DNA of 62,917 nt, filler included. It is 5 parts of 5 records of this genome, joined end to end, with 100 filler letters (N's around TTAATTAATTAA, not from the genome) between each part and the next. Parts side by side here need not be neighbours in the genome. Positions count along the whole stretch, not along the records: positions 20,756 to 39,227 come from DRR723986_7115; 4 more parts are not named here. One strand, given 5' to 3'. How positions within the stretch are numbered: position 1 is the first letter of the stretch; every line of letters starts with the position of its first letter. Below are positions 28,862-39,227 of this stretch, one piece after another. Made by a program: the position numbers and the translations under genes. A model generated the notes under the pieces. It did no database searches. It was not told the DNA's origin and saw nothing but the letters and a program-made list of their open reading frames with translations.

Positions 28862-29569
28862 ATGCTGGAATACATCAAACAGTGGCTGGCCAGAAGGCGC
28901 GGTGGAACGGTCGGCGAACACGATGCCGCCAATCTGCCCAGCCCGAAAACGGTTGGCGACCAGCCCTTGTCCCGGAGCCGGCTGATTGTCCTTGACCTTG
29001 AGACCACCGGCCTGAACGCGTCCAAAGATGAAGTGATTGCCATCGGAGCGGTTGCCATCGAAGGTGGTGTCATCCACCTGAATGACCAGTTTGACCTGAT
29101 ACTGCGCCGCCCTGAACTGGACATTCGGGAAACCGTGCTGATCCATGGCATCGGCCCAGAAGCCCTGACTCAGGGCTACGAAACCCAGGATGCACTGCTC
29201 TACCTTCTGGAATGGATGAACGGGGACCCGATTCTTGCCTACCACTCCGCCTTCGACCAGAAGTTCCTCGAAAAGACACTGAAAAGCCAGTTGGGCTACA
29301 CCCTGCCCCACGTCTGGATGGATGTTGCCGAGCTGATGCCGGCGTTCTTCCCGAAAGCAACGATCAAAGGGCGCGGCCTGGACGACTGGGCGGATGTATT
29401 TGGCCTGGAAATCAGTGAACGCCATCACGCCGCAGCCGACGCGCTGGTTACCGCAGAACTCGCGCTGATAGCCCTCAATAAAGCCCGGAAAAACGACGTC
29501 AAAACTCTCAAAGAACTCAGTGAAAAGCTGCATTATCAACGCCGTTTACAGCATATGCACCGCTATTAG
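28862..29569 (+). CDS. DEDDh 3'-5' exonuclease-like protein (DnaQ family)
   Basis: VLDLETTG, AYHSAFD, RHHAAADA. Confidence 0.88.
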   Translation: MLEYIKQWLARRRGGTVGEHDAANLPSPKTVGDQPLSRSRLIVLDLETTGLNASKDEVIAIGAVAIEGGVIHLNDQFDLILRRPELDIRETVLIHGIGPEALTQGYETQDALLYLLEWMNGDPILAYHSAFDQKFLEKTLKSQLGYTLPHVWMDVAELMPAFFPKATIKGRGLDDWADVFGLEISERHHAAADALVTAELALIALNKARKNDVKTLKELSEKLHYQRRLQHMHRY

Positions 29570-29779
29570 CGGAACAGGATCTACTGGCGATGTCCTTGAC
29601 CAAATACAAGGCAAGTTACTGAGAGTTAGACCATTTGCCAATATCCATAAATCCATTGACCGGTAAAGTCGGAGGAGACAACAAGTCGGAGAAGTACTAC
29701 ATGAATAATAAATTCTCTATCCGCAACACCTCACCAAAAAAACACCCAATCTCCACAACAACAATACAGGAGTGATTGT

Positions 29780-30043
29780 ATGTCAGGTCATAGCTACGAC
29801 GCTGAAAACTACTGGAAGGCGAATCTACGCCTGATATTCGGGAGCCTGATTATCTGGGCCCTGGTATCTTACGGCTTCGCTATTCTGTTACGCCCGATGC
29901 TGGCGGGAATCCCCGTAGGCGGCACCGATCTGGGCTTCTGGTTTGCCCAGCAAGGCTCCATCCTTACCTTCATTGTTCTGATCTTTCACTATGCATGGCG
30001 CATGAACAAGATCGACGAAAAATTCGGCGTGCATGAGGAGTAA
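29780..30043 (+). CDS. DUF4212 small membrane protein (symporter accessory)
   Basis: YWKANLRL, LGFWFAQQGSI. Directly upstream of the symporter. Confidence 0.88.
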   Translation: MSGHSYDAENYWKANLRLIFGSLIIWALVSYGFAILLRPMLAGIPVGGTDLGFWFAQQGSILTFIVLIFHYAWRMNKIDEKFGVHEE

Positions 30044-30049
30044 GGACAA

Positions 30050-31816
30050 ATGAGCCAATTTGCAATCAACATTATGTTCGTAGGGGGCTCGTTCCTCCTC
30101 TACATCGCCATCGCTGTCTGGGCCAAGGCCGGCAGTACCAGCGATTTCTACGTTGCGGGCGGTGGTGTGCATCCTATCACCAACGGCGCCGCAATCGGTG
30201 CTGACTGGATGTCTGCCGCTTCGTTTATCTCCATGGCTGGTCTGATCGCGGCCGGTGGCTATGCCAACTCCACGTTCCTTATGGGCTGGACCGGTGGCTA
30301 CGTCCTGTTGGCCATGCTGCTGGCTCCTTACCTGAGGAAGTTCGGTAAGTTTACGGTTCCGGAGTTCATCGGGGATCGATACTACAGCGCAAACGCGCGA
30401 CTGGTAGCCGTTATCTGTCTGATCGTTGCCTCGGTAACCTACGTTATCGGCCAGATGGCTGGCGCTGGTGTGGCCTTCTCCCGCTTCCTGGAAGTGGATG
30501 CCACCACCGGTCTGATCATCGCAGCGGTTGTTGTATTCGTCTATGCGGTACTCGGTGGCATGAAAGGCATTACCTACACCCAGGTAGCACAGTACTGTGT
30601 ACTGATTGTCGCTTACACGATTCCCGCAGTATTCATTTCCATTCAACTGACAGGCAACCCGATTCCGGGCCTGGGCATGTTCTCTACCCATACCGACTCT
30701 GGCTTGCCGCTGCTTGAGAAGCTGAACCAGGTCATCACTGATCTCGGTTTCAACGAGTATACCGCTGATGTGGACAACAAACTGAACATGGTTCTGTTCA
30801 CACTGTCCCTGATGATCGGTACTGCCGGTCTGCCACACGTTATCATTCGTTTCTTCACTGTGCCCAAGGTGGCTGACGCGCGCTGGTCTGGCGGCTGGGC
30901 CCTGGTCTTCATTGCCCTGCTGTACCTGACGGCTCCTGCTGTCGCTTCCATGGCTCGCCTGAACCTGATGACCACTATCTACCCGGACGGAACCCAGGCC
31001 GCCCCCATCGAATATGATGAGCGCCCGAACTGGGTCAAGGAATGGGAAGTAACGGGTCTGATTCAGTTTACCGACAAAAACGAAGACGGCCGTATCCAGC
31101 TTTACAACGACGTACCTGCGTTTGAAGCTGAAGCCCAGGCCCGCGGCTGGAACGGCAACGAACTGGTGGTTAACCGTGACATCCTGGTACTGGCCAACCC
31201 CGAAATCGCCAACCTGCCAGGCTGGGTCATTGGCCTGATCGCAGCCGGTGGTCTTGCAGCCGCGCTGTCGACAGCCGCCGGCCTGCTGCTGGCGATTTCC
31301 TCGGCGGTGAGTCACGACCTTATCAAGGGACGATTCAACCCCAGTATCAGTGATAAGGGCGAACTGATGGCTGCCCGGATATCCATGGCCGTTGCCATTG
31401 TGGTCGCCACCTATCTCGGTGCAAACCCGCCAGGGTTCGCGGCTCAGGTGGTTGCCCTTGCCTTCGGTATTGCGGCTGCCTCGCTGTTCCCGGCACTGAT
31501 GATGGGTATCTTCTCCAAACGCGTAAACAACGTGGGCGCGACTCTGGGCATGCTGTCCGGCCTGATCTTCACTCTGGTGTACATCTTCGTGTACAAAGGC
31601 TGGTTCTTCATCCCGGGCACCAACAATCTGGCAGACACTCCCGAGAACTGGGTGCTGGGTATTTCCCCGCTGTCTATCGGTGCCATTGGTGCGATCGTCA
31701 ACTTTGCGGTAGCCTTCGCAGTATCCAAGGTGACTGCAGAGCCGCCCGTTGAAATTCAGGAACTGGTTGAAAGCGTCCGCTACCCGCGTGGTGCCGGTAC
31801 TGCCCAGGATCACTGA
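30050..31816 (+). CDS. Sodium:solute symporter, ActP-like (acetate/monocarboxylate)
   Basis: FYVAGG, NGAAIGADWMSAASF, GTAGLPHVIIRFFTV, AAALSTAAGLL, many TM helices. Confidence 0.9.
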   Translation: MSQFAINIMFVGGSFLLYIAIAVWAKAGSTSDFYVAGGGVHPITNGAAIGADWMSAASFISMAGLIAAGGYANSTFLMGWTGGYVLLAMLLAPYLRKFGKFTVPEFIGDRYYSANARLVAVICLIVASVTYVIGQMAGAGVAFSRFLEVDATTGLIIAAVVVFVYAVLGGMKGITYTQVAQYCVLIVAYTIPAVFISIQLTGNPIPGLGMFSTHTDSGLPLLEKLNQVITDLGFNEYTADVDNKLNMVLFTLSLMIGTAGLPHVIIRFFTVPKVADARWSGGWALVFIALLYLTAPAVASMARLNLMTTIYPDGTQAAPIEYDERPNWVKEWEVTGLIQFTDKNEDGRIQLYNDVPAFEAEAQARGWNGNELVVNRDILVLANPEIANLPGWVIGLIAAGGLAAALSTAAGLLLAISSAVSHDLIKGRFNPSISDKGELMAARISMAVAIVVATYLGANPPGFAAQVVALAFGIAAASLFPALMMGIFSKRVNNVGATLGMLSGLIFTLVYIFVYKGWFFIPGTNNLADTPENWVLGISPLSIGAIGAIVNFAVAFAVSKVTAEPPVEIQELVESVRYPRGAGTAQDH

Positions 31817-31862
31817 AGCGAAAGACAATCTGATTCATCGCACCTGATGACAGGTTGAAACC

Positions 31863-31899
31863 GAACGGGCTTCCTCAGTGAGGGAGCCCGTTCTTTTTT
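31863..31899 (+). terminator. Rho-independent terminator
   Basis: GAACGGGCTTCCTCA / TGAGGGAGCCCGTTC hairpin followed by T6. Confidence 0.85.
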
Positions 31900-31913
31900 G
31901 AGGAAACCGTTGT

Positions 31914-32420
31914 ATGTTCTGGACTTTTGTAGCCACCGTTTTTTGCGGTCTTGGTGCCGCTGGCATTGCCATGGGTATTCGCGCGGCCACCGCCAAAAAA
32001 GCCCCGAAGTGGCTGATTCCGGTCTTTGCCGGTGCGGGCATGCTGGGTTATCTGATCTATGGAGAATACACCTGGTATGACCACAAACGAGCCATGCTGC
32101 CGGAAGAAGCTGTGGTTGTGGCCACCGAACAGGAGAGAATTTTCTTTCGCCCCTGGACCTTTGTGTTTCCCTACGTGACCTCATTCTCTGCGGTCGACAA
32201 GGAAAGTATCAGCCGTGATACCGGTGATCAGAACATTGTTCGCTTCACCCTTTATCGTTTCGAGCAGACGGTCACCGATGCGGTTTCGCATCGGATTCAT
32301 CTCATTAACTGTGGCAGCCGGGAGCTGGTACCACTGGGTTCCGACGGGGCGCCGAGAGTAGATAACATGAAGTTGCTGGAGAGCGACGATCCACTCTATA
32401 CCATCATTTGCAGAAGCTGA
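31914..32420 (+). CDS. Hypothetical membrane-anchored protein
   Basis: Two N-terminal TM segments and a soluble C-terminal domain. GAGG RBS. Confidence 0.7.
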   Translation: MFWTFVATVFCGLGAAGIAMGIRAATAKKAPKWLIPVFAGAGMLGYLIYGEYTWYDHKRAMLPEEAVVVATEQERIFFRPWTFVFPYVTSFSAVDKESISRDTGDQNIVRFTLYRFEQTVTDAVSHRIHLINCGSRELVPLGSDGAPRVDNMKLLESDDPLYTIICRS

Positions 32421-32447
32421 GACCACAGGAGCGGATAACAAGACCCC

Positions 32448-35400
32448 ATGATTAGCGCCTGGCTGCTTGTCCTTATATCGATCACTTACATTTCACTGCT
32501 GTTCCTGATCGCTTGGGCAGGTGACCGGCACCCGGGGCTCTACAAGCGCCGTCTGGCCAGAACCCATATTTACGGTTTGTCCCTGGCCGTCTATTTCACG
32601 TCATGGACCTTCTATGGCGCAGTTGGTCGGGCCACCCAGGAAGGTCTGGCATTTCTCCCCATCTACCTGGGCCCGTTACTGGTATTCATTTTCTTTGCGC
32701 CACTGCTCCGGCGCATCATCTACATCAGTAAACGCAACAACAGCACCTCCATTGCCGACTTTATTGCCTCGCGTTACGGCAAATCCCAGGTGCTGGCGGC
32801 CATGGTGGCCATCTTTGCCCTGATCGGCAGCGTTCCCTACATTGCCCTTCAGCTCAAAGCCATTGCCCTGGGGTTTAATGTCCTCTCGGGCACCGGTGAC
32901 AGTTATCAGGAATTGAGTACAGCGGCCTGGAACGACTCTGCCTGGTACATCACCCTGGCTCTGGCGGTCTTTACCGTGCTGTTCGGAACCCGGCACCTGG
33001 AGTCCACAGAACATCATCGGGGCATGATCCAGGCCGTTGCCTTTGAATCACTGATCAAGCTCATCGCCTTTGTGGCGGTGGGGCTGTTTGTTGGCTACGG
33101 GCTGTACGATGGCTTCGGGGACCTGTTTACCCGAGTCCGCGAAGCTGACCTGATGGGCACGCTTACCACAGAGTCGCTGGAAGCCCCTGCGTTCCTCACA
33201 CAGACGCTGGTTGCCATGCTGGCCATCATCTGCCTGCCACGGCAATTTCACGTGATGGTGGTGGAGAACACCGATCACCGGGATTTTGAGGTCGCTCGCT
33301 GGGCGATGCCGATCTATCTGATCATCGCCAGCGCATTCGTCATTCCCATTGCCGCAGCCGGACTGTTGAGCACTCACCTGGCAGGCAGCGATCCGGACAT
33401 CGTCATCCTGCAACTGCCGATCATGGCAGGGGAACACTGGCTTGCCGTACTGGCGTTTCTGGGCGGTGGATCAGCGGCGGCTGCCATGGTGATTGTCTGT
33501 TCCGTCGCCATAGCCACCATGGTGAGCAATGAAATCATCATGCCGGGCCTGCTCAAGTTCTTCCGACCAGGCATGAACCGACGAACCGATCTCAGCTTCC
33601 TGCTGCTGACGATCCGGCGGGTTGCCATCTTTGTAGTACTGCTGACCGCCTACGGCTTCTACCGCATGGCTGGCGAAGACTACAGCCTGACGGCGTTTGG
33701 CTTACTGTCCTTTGCCGCAGCGGCCCAGTTTGGTCCCGCGCTTGTGGGCGGTATTCTCTGGCGCCAGGGTAACTTCACCGGAGCTGCCTGGGGCCTTGGG
33801 CTGGGCTTCCTTATGTGGTGTTACACCTTGCTGTTGCCCGCGCTGGTATCCACCGGGTGGGTTGCGGATACCCTGATTGAGCACGGCCTGTTTGGCTGGA
33901 ACTGGACCCGACCAACAGCCCTGTTCGGTTCCGACCTGGATCAGATTAGCCATGGCATTCTTTGGAGTCTGGGGGTAAACACCGGGGCCTATATTCTGCT
34001 CTCCCTGATTACCCGGCAACGTATTCGGGAGAAGATTCAGATTGCCGCGTTCTTCCACGATGCGCAGCCCAAAGCCGAGAATGCCCAGCACCAGAGCTGG
34101 CAGGGTGAGATTCTTACCTCCGACCTGCAGGCCCTGACTGACCGGTTCATGGGGGAAGAACGTTCCGAAAGCATTTTCAGGAACTACGAACGACGTAATG
34201 CCATCCGGCTCTATCCTCAGCGGCCAGCTTCCACCCACCTGATGAAGTACATAGAGCGCCAGCTGGCATCGGTGATTGGAGCCTCCACCGCCCGCGTGGT
34301 TCTGGAGTCGACCCTGACTGGCCGCGATATGCAGATTGAGGACGTGGTCAGCATTGTCGATGAAGCCTCCCAGGCCATGACCTTCAGCCGGGAGTTACTG
34401 CAGTCTGCCATCGAGAACATCAGCCTGGGCGTGTCCGTGGTCAACCATCAGCAGCAACTTGTCGTCTGGAACCATCGCTATCTCGAGCTGTTCAACTATC
34501 CCAAGGGCTTTGTCCGGGTTGGCCGGCCGGTTGAAGACCTGATGCGCTATAACCTCACCAACGCCAACCTGTCTGCCCGTCGAATTGACGACATCGTCGA
34601 GAACCGCTGTAACAGCATGCGCGAAGGCAAACCCATGTCTTACGAGCGTCAGCGGCCCGATGGCACGGTCGTCCGGGTGGATGGCAGTCCGATTCCAGGC
34701 GGTGGCTATGTCACCACATTCCAGGACATTACCGCCATGCGCAGGACCGAGCAGGCCCTGAAGGAAACCAACATCTATCTGGAGCAAAGGGTCCGGGAGC
34801 GTACCCAGGAACTGCAGGTGATCAATGAGCAGATGCTCAAGGCCAAGTCGGTAGCCGAGCAGGCGAACCAGAGTAAAACCCGCTTCCTTGCCTCTGCAAG
34901 CCACGACCTGCTGCAACCCCTGAACGCAGCAAGACTCTTTACCTCCGCGTTGTCCGGCAAAGTGAACGAGGGCGAAACCCGGGATCTGGTAGACCACATC
35001 GACAGCTCGCTGGGCGCGGCTGAGGAGATCATCAGTACACTGCTGGACATTTCAAAGCTTGATGCCGGGGCACTTGAGCCGGATATTGGCGTGTTTCCGG
35101 TCAACGAGCTGCTTCGGCATCTGGCCACCGAATTTTCAGCCATCGCCAAGGATCAGGGGCTGGAACTGCATGTGGTCCCCAGTACCGCCTGGGTCCGTTC
35201 CGATGCGAAACTTCTGCGTCGTGTGGTACAGAACTTCCTTTCCAATGCCATCCGCTACACCGCAAGCGGCAAGATTCTGATGGGCTGCCGACGCCTGAAA
35301 GGCTATCTGCGCATTGAAGTCTGGGACACCGGACCGGGTATGTCAGATGACCAGCTTAATCACATCTTTGAGGAGTTTCGCCGATTCCAGCATGGTCGCG

Positions 35401-35966
35401 ACAAGAAGGGGCTGGGGCTTGGCCTGGCCATTGTTGATCGTATCAGCGGCATGCTTAACCACCCGGTCACCGTGCACTCCATCCAGGGCAAAGGCAGCGT
35501 ATTCGGGATCACGGTTCCGGTCGCCCCGGCCGATCAAAGCCGGCTGGATTCCCAGAAAAGTGGCAGCAGTTCAAGACGGGTCTCCAATCTCGGGGGCCTG
35601 CACGTTCTGTGCATCGACAATGATGCAGCCATTCTGCAAGGCATGGTCGCGTTGCTGGGCAACTGGCAGTGTGATGTCACTGCCGCCGAAAGCCTGGACG
35701 ATGCCCTGGACAAACTGGACGGACGCAGGCCCGATATTATACTTGCTGATTATCAGCTGGATGATAACCGCAATGGACTGGATGCCATGGACAGCATAAG
35801 GGAACATCTGGGAAGCGATATTCCCGGCATCCTCATTACCGGCTATATGGCGCCGGAGGTACGTGACGACGCAGGCAACCGGGGCTACCAGGTACTGTAC
35901 AAGCCAGTGAAGCCTGCAGCCCTGCGAGCGCTCGTAAACAAACTACTTAAACAAAAGCGGCCATGA
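32448..35966 (+). CDS. SLC5-STAC-PAS hybrid histidine kinase (CrbS-like)
   Basis: SSS-like N-terminus (SLAVYFTSWTFYG, LPRQFHV), STAC (ERQLASVIGASTAR), PAS, H-box ASHDLLQPL, HATPase, receiver. Confidence 0.9.
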   Translation: MISAWLLVLISITYISLLFLIAWAGDRHPGLYKRRLARTHIYGLSLAVYFTSWTFYGAVGRATQEGLAFLPIYLGPLLVFIFFAPLLRRIIYISKRNNSTSIADFIASRYGKSQVLAAMVAIFALIGSVPYIALQLKAIALGFNVLSGTGDSYQELSTAAWNDSAWYITLALAVFTVLFGTRHLESTEHHRGMIQAVAFESLIKLIAFVAVGLFVGYGLYDGFGDLFTRVREADLMGTLTTESLEAPAFLTQTLVAMLAIICLPRQFHVMVVENTDHRDFEVARWAMPIYLIIASAFVIPIAAAGLLSTHLAGSDPDIVILQLPIMAGEHWLAVLAFLGGGSAAAAMVIVCSVAIATMVSNEIIMPGLLKFFRPGMNRRTDLSFLLLTIRRVAIFVVLLTAYGFYRMAGEDYSLTAFGLLSFAAAAQFGPALVGGILWRQGNFTGAAWGLGLGFLMWCYTLLLPALVSTGWVADTLIEHGLFGWNWTRPTALFGSDLDQISHGILWSLGVNTGAYILLSLITRQRIREKIQIAAFFHDAQPKAENAQHQSWQGEILTSDLQALTDRFMGEERSESIFRNYERRNAIRLYPQRPASTHLMKYIERQLASVIGASTARVVLESTLTGRDMQIEDVVSIVDEASQAMTFSRELLQSAIENISLGVSVVNHQQQLVVWNHRYLELFNYPKGFVRVGRPVEDLMRYNLTNANLSARRIDDIVENRCNSMREGKPMSYERQRPDGTVVRVDGSPIPGGGYVTTFQDITAMRRTEQALKETNIYLEQRVRERTQELQVINEQMLKAKSVAEQANQSKTRFLASASHDLLQPLNAARLFTSALSGKVNEGETRDLVDHIDSSLGAAEEIISTLLDISKLDAGALEPDIGVFPVNELLRHLATEFSAIAKDQGLELHVVPSTAWVRSDAKLLRRVVQNFLSNAIRYTASGKILMGCRRLKGYLRIEVWDTGPGMSDDQLNHIFEEFRRFQHGRDKKGLGLGLAIVDRISGMLNHPVTVHSIQGKGSVFGITVPVAPADQSRLDSQKSGSSSRRVSNLGGLHVLCIDNDAAILQGMVALLGNWQCDVTAAESLDDALDKLDGRRPDIILADYQLDDNRNGLDAMDSIREHLGSDIPGILITGYMAPEVRDDAGNRGYQVLYKPVKPAALRALVNKLLKQKRP

Positions 35967-37603
35967 ATCCATCCGACCGGAAAGACGCAGTAAATCCGTT
36001 TGGCAAGCTTACTTTTCTTGTTGTCGACGATTTCGAGAACTTTCGGCTATCCATGCGGCAGATGCTCCGCAGTTGTGGTGCCGACAAGATTGAACTGGTT
36101 GCTCACGCCACGCCCGCCATCCAGTACTGTACCTACAATCACGTCGATGTCGTGCTGTGCGATTACAACCTGGGGGAAGGCAAAAACGGCCAGCACGTAC
36201 TGGAAGAGCTGAGGCACAAGAAACTCCTCAAACGCTCATCGCTGTTCCTGATGGTAACCGCGGAAACCTCCAAGGAAATGGTCATGGGGGCACGGGAATA
36301 TCAGCCTGACGGCTATCTGACAAAGCCCATTAACCGTGCCATGCTGGAGCAACGTCTGGGCAGCCTGATCAAACAGCGCAATGCCCTGCTCCCCATCACC
36401 CGGGAGATCGATCGGGAAAACTACCCGGAAGCCATCAGTCTTTGCCTGCAAACCCTGCCCAAACAGCCGCGCTACAAAACCTGGCTGATGAAGACACTCG
36501 GAGAACTCTACTTCATGGTCGGCGACCTGGCCCACGCCCAGAAAGTCTACGATGATGTTCTGAATCAGCGGGAGCTGTCCTGGGCCCGGCTAGGCCGGTG
36601 CAAGGTGTTGCTGGCCAACCGGAACTTTGATCAGGCTGTCGACGGCCTCAAAGCTCTGATTGAAAAACACCCGGACTATATGGAAGCCTACGACCTGCTG
36701 GCCGAAGGCCTTCAGAAACAGGGACGATCGGCCCAGGCCCAACAGGTTCTTGAGAAAGCGGCTGAACATTCCCCCAACGCTCTGCTCCGCCAGAAGCATC
36801 TCGCTGAACTGGCCGGCGCAAACCAGGATATTGACACCGCCTCCCAGGCGTGGCGACAGACGGTGTCTCTGGGCACCTATTCCATACACGACAATGCAGA
36901 GCATTACCTGTCGCTCGCCCAGAGCCTGTCCGATCTGAGCGAGGGCGATCTGGACGAAGAAGGCGCGGCGCGCTCGTCAGAAGCCCTCTCTGTGCTTACG
37001 AAAATGGAGAAACGCTTCGACAACGATGAAACCATCGGGCTCAAAAGCCGGATCGTGCAGTGCCGTCTCCATGCCGGACAAGGCCGCCACCGGGAGGCCG
37101 AAAAGATTCTTACCGCGGTCAGCTCGGAGCTCGAGAGCCTGGAGGAACTCCCGGCCGATATGGGGCTGGATTTCGCAAAAACCCTGTTCCGGATGGGCCG
37201 GGAAGATCAGGCCAAGAGAATCCTCGGCGATCTGGCCTCACGATTTGATAACGACCCCGACACCTTGCAGAAAATTGAAAACCTCCTGGACGAGCCCGTT
37301 GGCTTCCGTCAGAAACTGGAAGCACGCAGCATGAACCGGGATGGCATCAAAGCGTTTGAGGCAGGCGACCTCGACGCTGCAGTGGAAGCCTTCAACAAAG
37401 CCCTGGCGATCGTTCCGGACCATGCTGCCCTGAACCTGAACCTGGTTCAGGTGTTGATGAAGCAATATGACCAGAACCCGGAGCCTGCGTTACTGGCTGC
37501 CTGCCAACAGCGCCTGGACCGTCTGAGCAAGCTGCCAGAGCAGCATCGTCAACACCGTCGATACCTGGCCCTCACCCGAAAACTGAAAGGACTGACCGCA
37601 TGA
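35963..37603 (+). CDS. Receiver-TPR response regulator
   Basis: Receiver (LVVDD, LCDYNL, YLTKP) followed by TPR repeats. ATGA overlap with the kinase. Confidence 0.85.
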   Translation: MNPSDRKDAVNPFGKLTFLVVDDFENFRLSMRQMLRSCGADKIELVAHATPAIQYCTYNHVDVVLCDYNLGEGKNGQHVLEELRHKKLLKRSSLFLMVTAETSKEMVMGAREYQPDGYLTKPINRAMLEQRLGSLIKQRNALLPITREIDRENYPEAISLCLQTLPKQPRYKTWLMKTLGELYFMVGDLAHAQKVYDDVLNQRELSWARLGRCKVLLANRNFDQAVDGLKALIEKHPDYMEAYDLLAEGLQKQGRSAQAQQVLEKAAEHSPNALLRQKHLAELAGANQDIDTASQAWRQTVSLGTYSIHDNAEHYLSLAQSLSDLSEGDLDEEGAARSSEALSVLTKMEKRFDNDETIGLKSRIVQCRLHAGQGRHREAEKILTAVSSELESLEELPADMGLDFAKTLFRMGREDQAKRILGDLASRFDNDPDTLQKIENLLDEPVGFRQKLEARSMNRDGIKAFEAGDLDAAVEAFNKALAIVPDHAALNLNLVQVLMKQYDQNPEPALLAACQQRLDRLSKLPEQHRQHRRYLALTRKLKGLTA

Positions 37604-38280
37604 CCGACCCAAACATCGACTTTTCGATGGTGCTGGCCTCTGCCGTGCACGACATGAAAAATTCTCTCGGCATGTTACTGAACAGCCTCGACGAACTTCG
37701 TGGTGAACATGAGCAATCCCTTGCTGGCTCCGACAAATTCAACATGCTCCAGTACGAAGCCGAGCGTATGCATAACGATCTGGTTCAGTTACTCGGTATC
37801 TATCGCCTGGGAGAAAACAATCTCTCTGCGCACATTGACGAGCATTTTGTGCCAGATTTCCTGGAGGAGCACCTCGCCAGGCACATCCCTTTGTTGCAGG
37901 GACTCGGCCTCAAATATTCAATTGCCGCAGATGACATCAATGGTTTTTTCGACGAGGACCTGTTGACCGGTGTACTCAACAACACCATCAACAACGCCAT
38001 CCGTTATACCAAAAGCCAGATACGGCTTATTGCGCGCGAAGAAGACGGTTATCTGGTGCTGGGGGTTGAAGATGATGGCCAGGGCTACCCGGAAAGCATG
38101 CAACATACTGGTACCCTGAGTTTCAAGTCGCTGGACTTCAATACCGGCAGTACCAGCCTGGGGCTGTTCTTCGCCTCGTCTGTGGCCGCACTGCATAGCG
38201 AAGGCGAGCGAACCGGCTCCATCAAACTGCACAACGGCGGCAGCCTGGGTGGGGGTGTATTCGAAATCTGGCTGCCCTGA
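37600..38280 (+). CDS. Small sensor-less histidine kinase
   Basis: H-box VHDMKNSL, N-box NNAIRY, G1 EDDGQG, G2 STSLGL. Confidence 0.85.
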   Translation: MTDPNIDFSMVLASAVHDMKNSLGMLLNSLDELRGEHEQSLAGSDKFNMLQYEAERMHNDLVQLLGIYRLGENNLSAHIDEHFVPDFLEEHLARHIPLLQGLGLKYSIAADDINGFFDEDLLTGVLNNTINNAIRYTKSQIRLIAREEDGYLVLGVEDDGQGYPESMQHTGTLSFKSLDFNTGSTSLGLFFASSVAALHSEGERTGSIKLHNGGSLGGGVFEIWLP

Positions 38281-38428
38281 CGCAAAAATGAAATGGGAGT
38301 CTCAAAAACGGAACCCGGGCCCGCCAACCCACTGCATATTTTCTGAGCTGCACTTATAGTGCCCGAGTCTTTCGGACTGATTCATCACGGCGTAACAACG
38401 TCTGTCACTTCCAGGGAGGAGCTCTCTC

Positions 38429-39181
38429 ATGCCGCGAGGGCACGCACTGATCATCGAAGACTCGTCAACGGCCCGTATTCTGTTGTCCCGGCTGCTTGAA
38501 CGGGCGGATATCTCTACCAAAGGGGTTGCCACTGCAGAGCAGGCCTTTCCCCTGCTTCAGCAGGAACATTTCGACCTTATCTTCCTTGATCATCTCCTCC
38601 CGGGTATGAATGGCTTTCAGGCACTGGAGAGACTCAAGCAGCAGCCGGAGACGCGGGACATCCCGGTATTCATGTATACCTCCCAGAACGCAGAGCGTTA
38701 CCTACAGGAAGCCAGAGCCCTCGGTGCTGCCGGCGTCATTCGCAAGCAGGTTGACCGGGACCAGCTGATGCGAACTCTGGATATCATTCTGTCTAACGTG
38801 CCTGATCAGGAACAAAGTGAAGCCATCCGCCTGGCCGTTGAGGAAGGAGGACATCACGGGTTGGAAGCAACGGAACAGAACTCCCGGGGCATGACCGGGC
38901 GCCTGTCCACGCTGGAAATTGCCTATGAAGAGCTGGAGGAAGAAATCCGTGAGTTGCGCGCTGCCTTTACCGAATGTCAGCTACAACAGGTTCAGAAGTT
39001 AGACCAGCAACAACGGCAAATGCGCTGGCTCGGCGGCTTATCCATTGCGGGTTTGGTGGCACTGGTTTGGCTTGTCACATGGCAGGGAGGGGTTCTGGAC
39101 GAGTATATTGCGCGCACCGATGAACAATTCAGTTTGCTGCACAGCATTGTTGGCGGCGTTATTGAATTAATCGGTCGCTAG
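38429..39181 (+). CDS. Receiver protein with coiled coil and C-terminal TM helix
   Basis: IIEDS, FLDHLLPGMNG, IRKQ, then hydrophobic WLGGLSIAGLVALVWLV. Confidence 0.8.
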   Translation: MPRGHALIIEDSSTARILLSRLLERADISTKGVATAEQAFPLLQQEHFDLIFLDHLLPGMNGFQALERLKQQPETRDIPVFMYTSQNAERYLQEARALGAAGVIRKQVDRDQLMRTLDIILSNVPDQEQSEAIRLAVEEGGHHGLEATEQNSRGMTGRLSTLEIAYEELEEEIRELRAAFTECQLQQVQKLDQQQRQMRWLGGLSIAGLVALVWLVTWQGGVLDEYIARTDEQFSLLHSIVGGVIELIGR

Positions 39182-39227
39182 TGACCATAAAGGCAGAAAT
39201 AAAAAACCCCCGACAGCGAAGCTGTCG

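Noticed and set aside
29888-31828. 646-aa antisense ORF over the symporter
   Set aside because: Shadow ORF caused by strong codon bias of the sense gene. No recognisable motifs.
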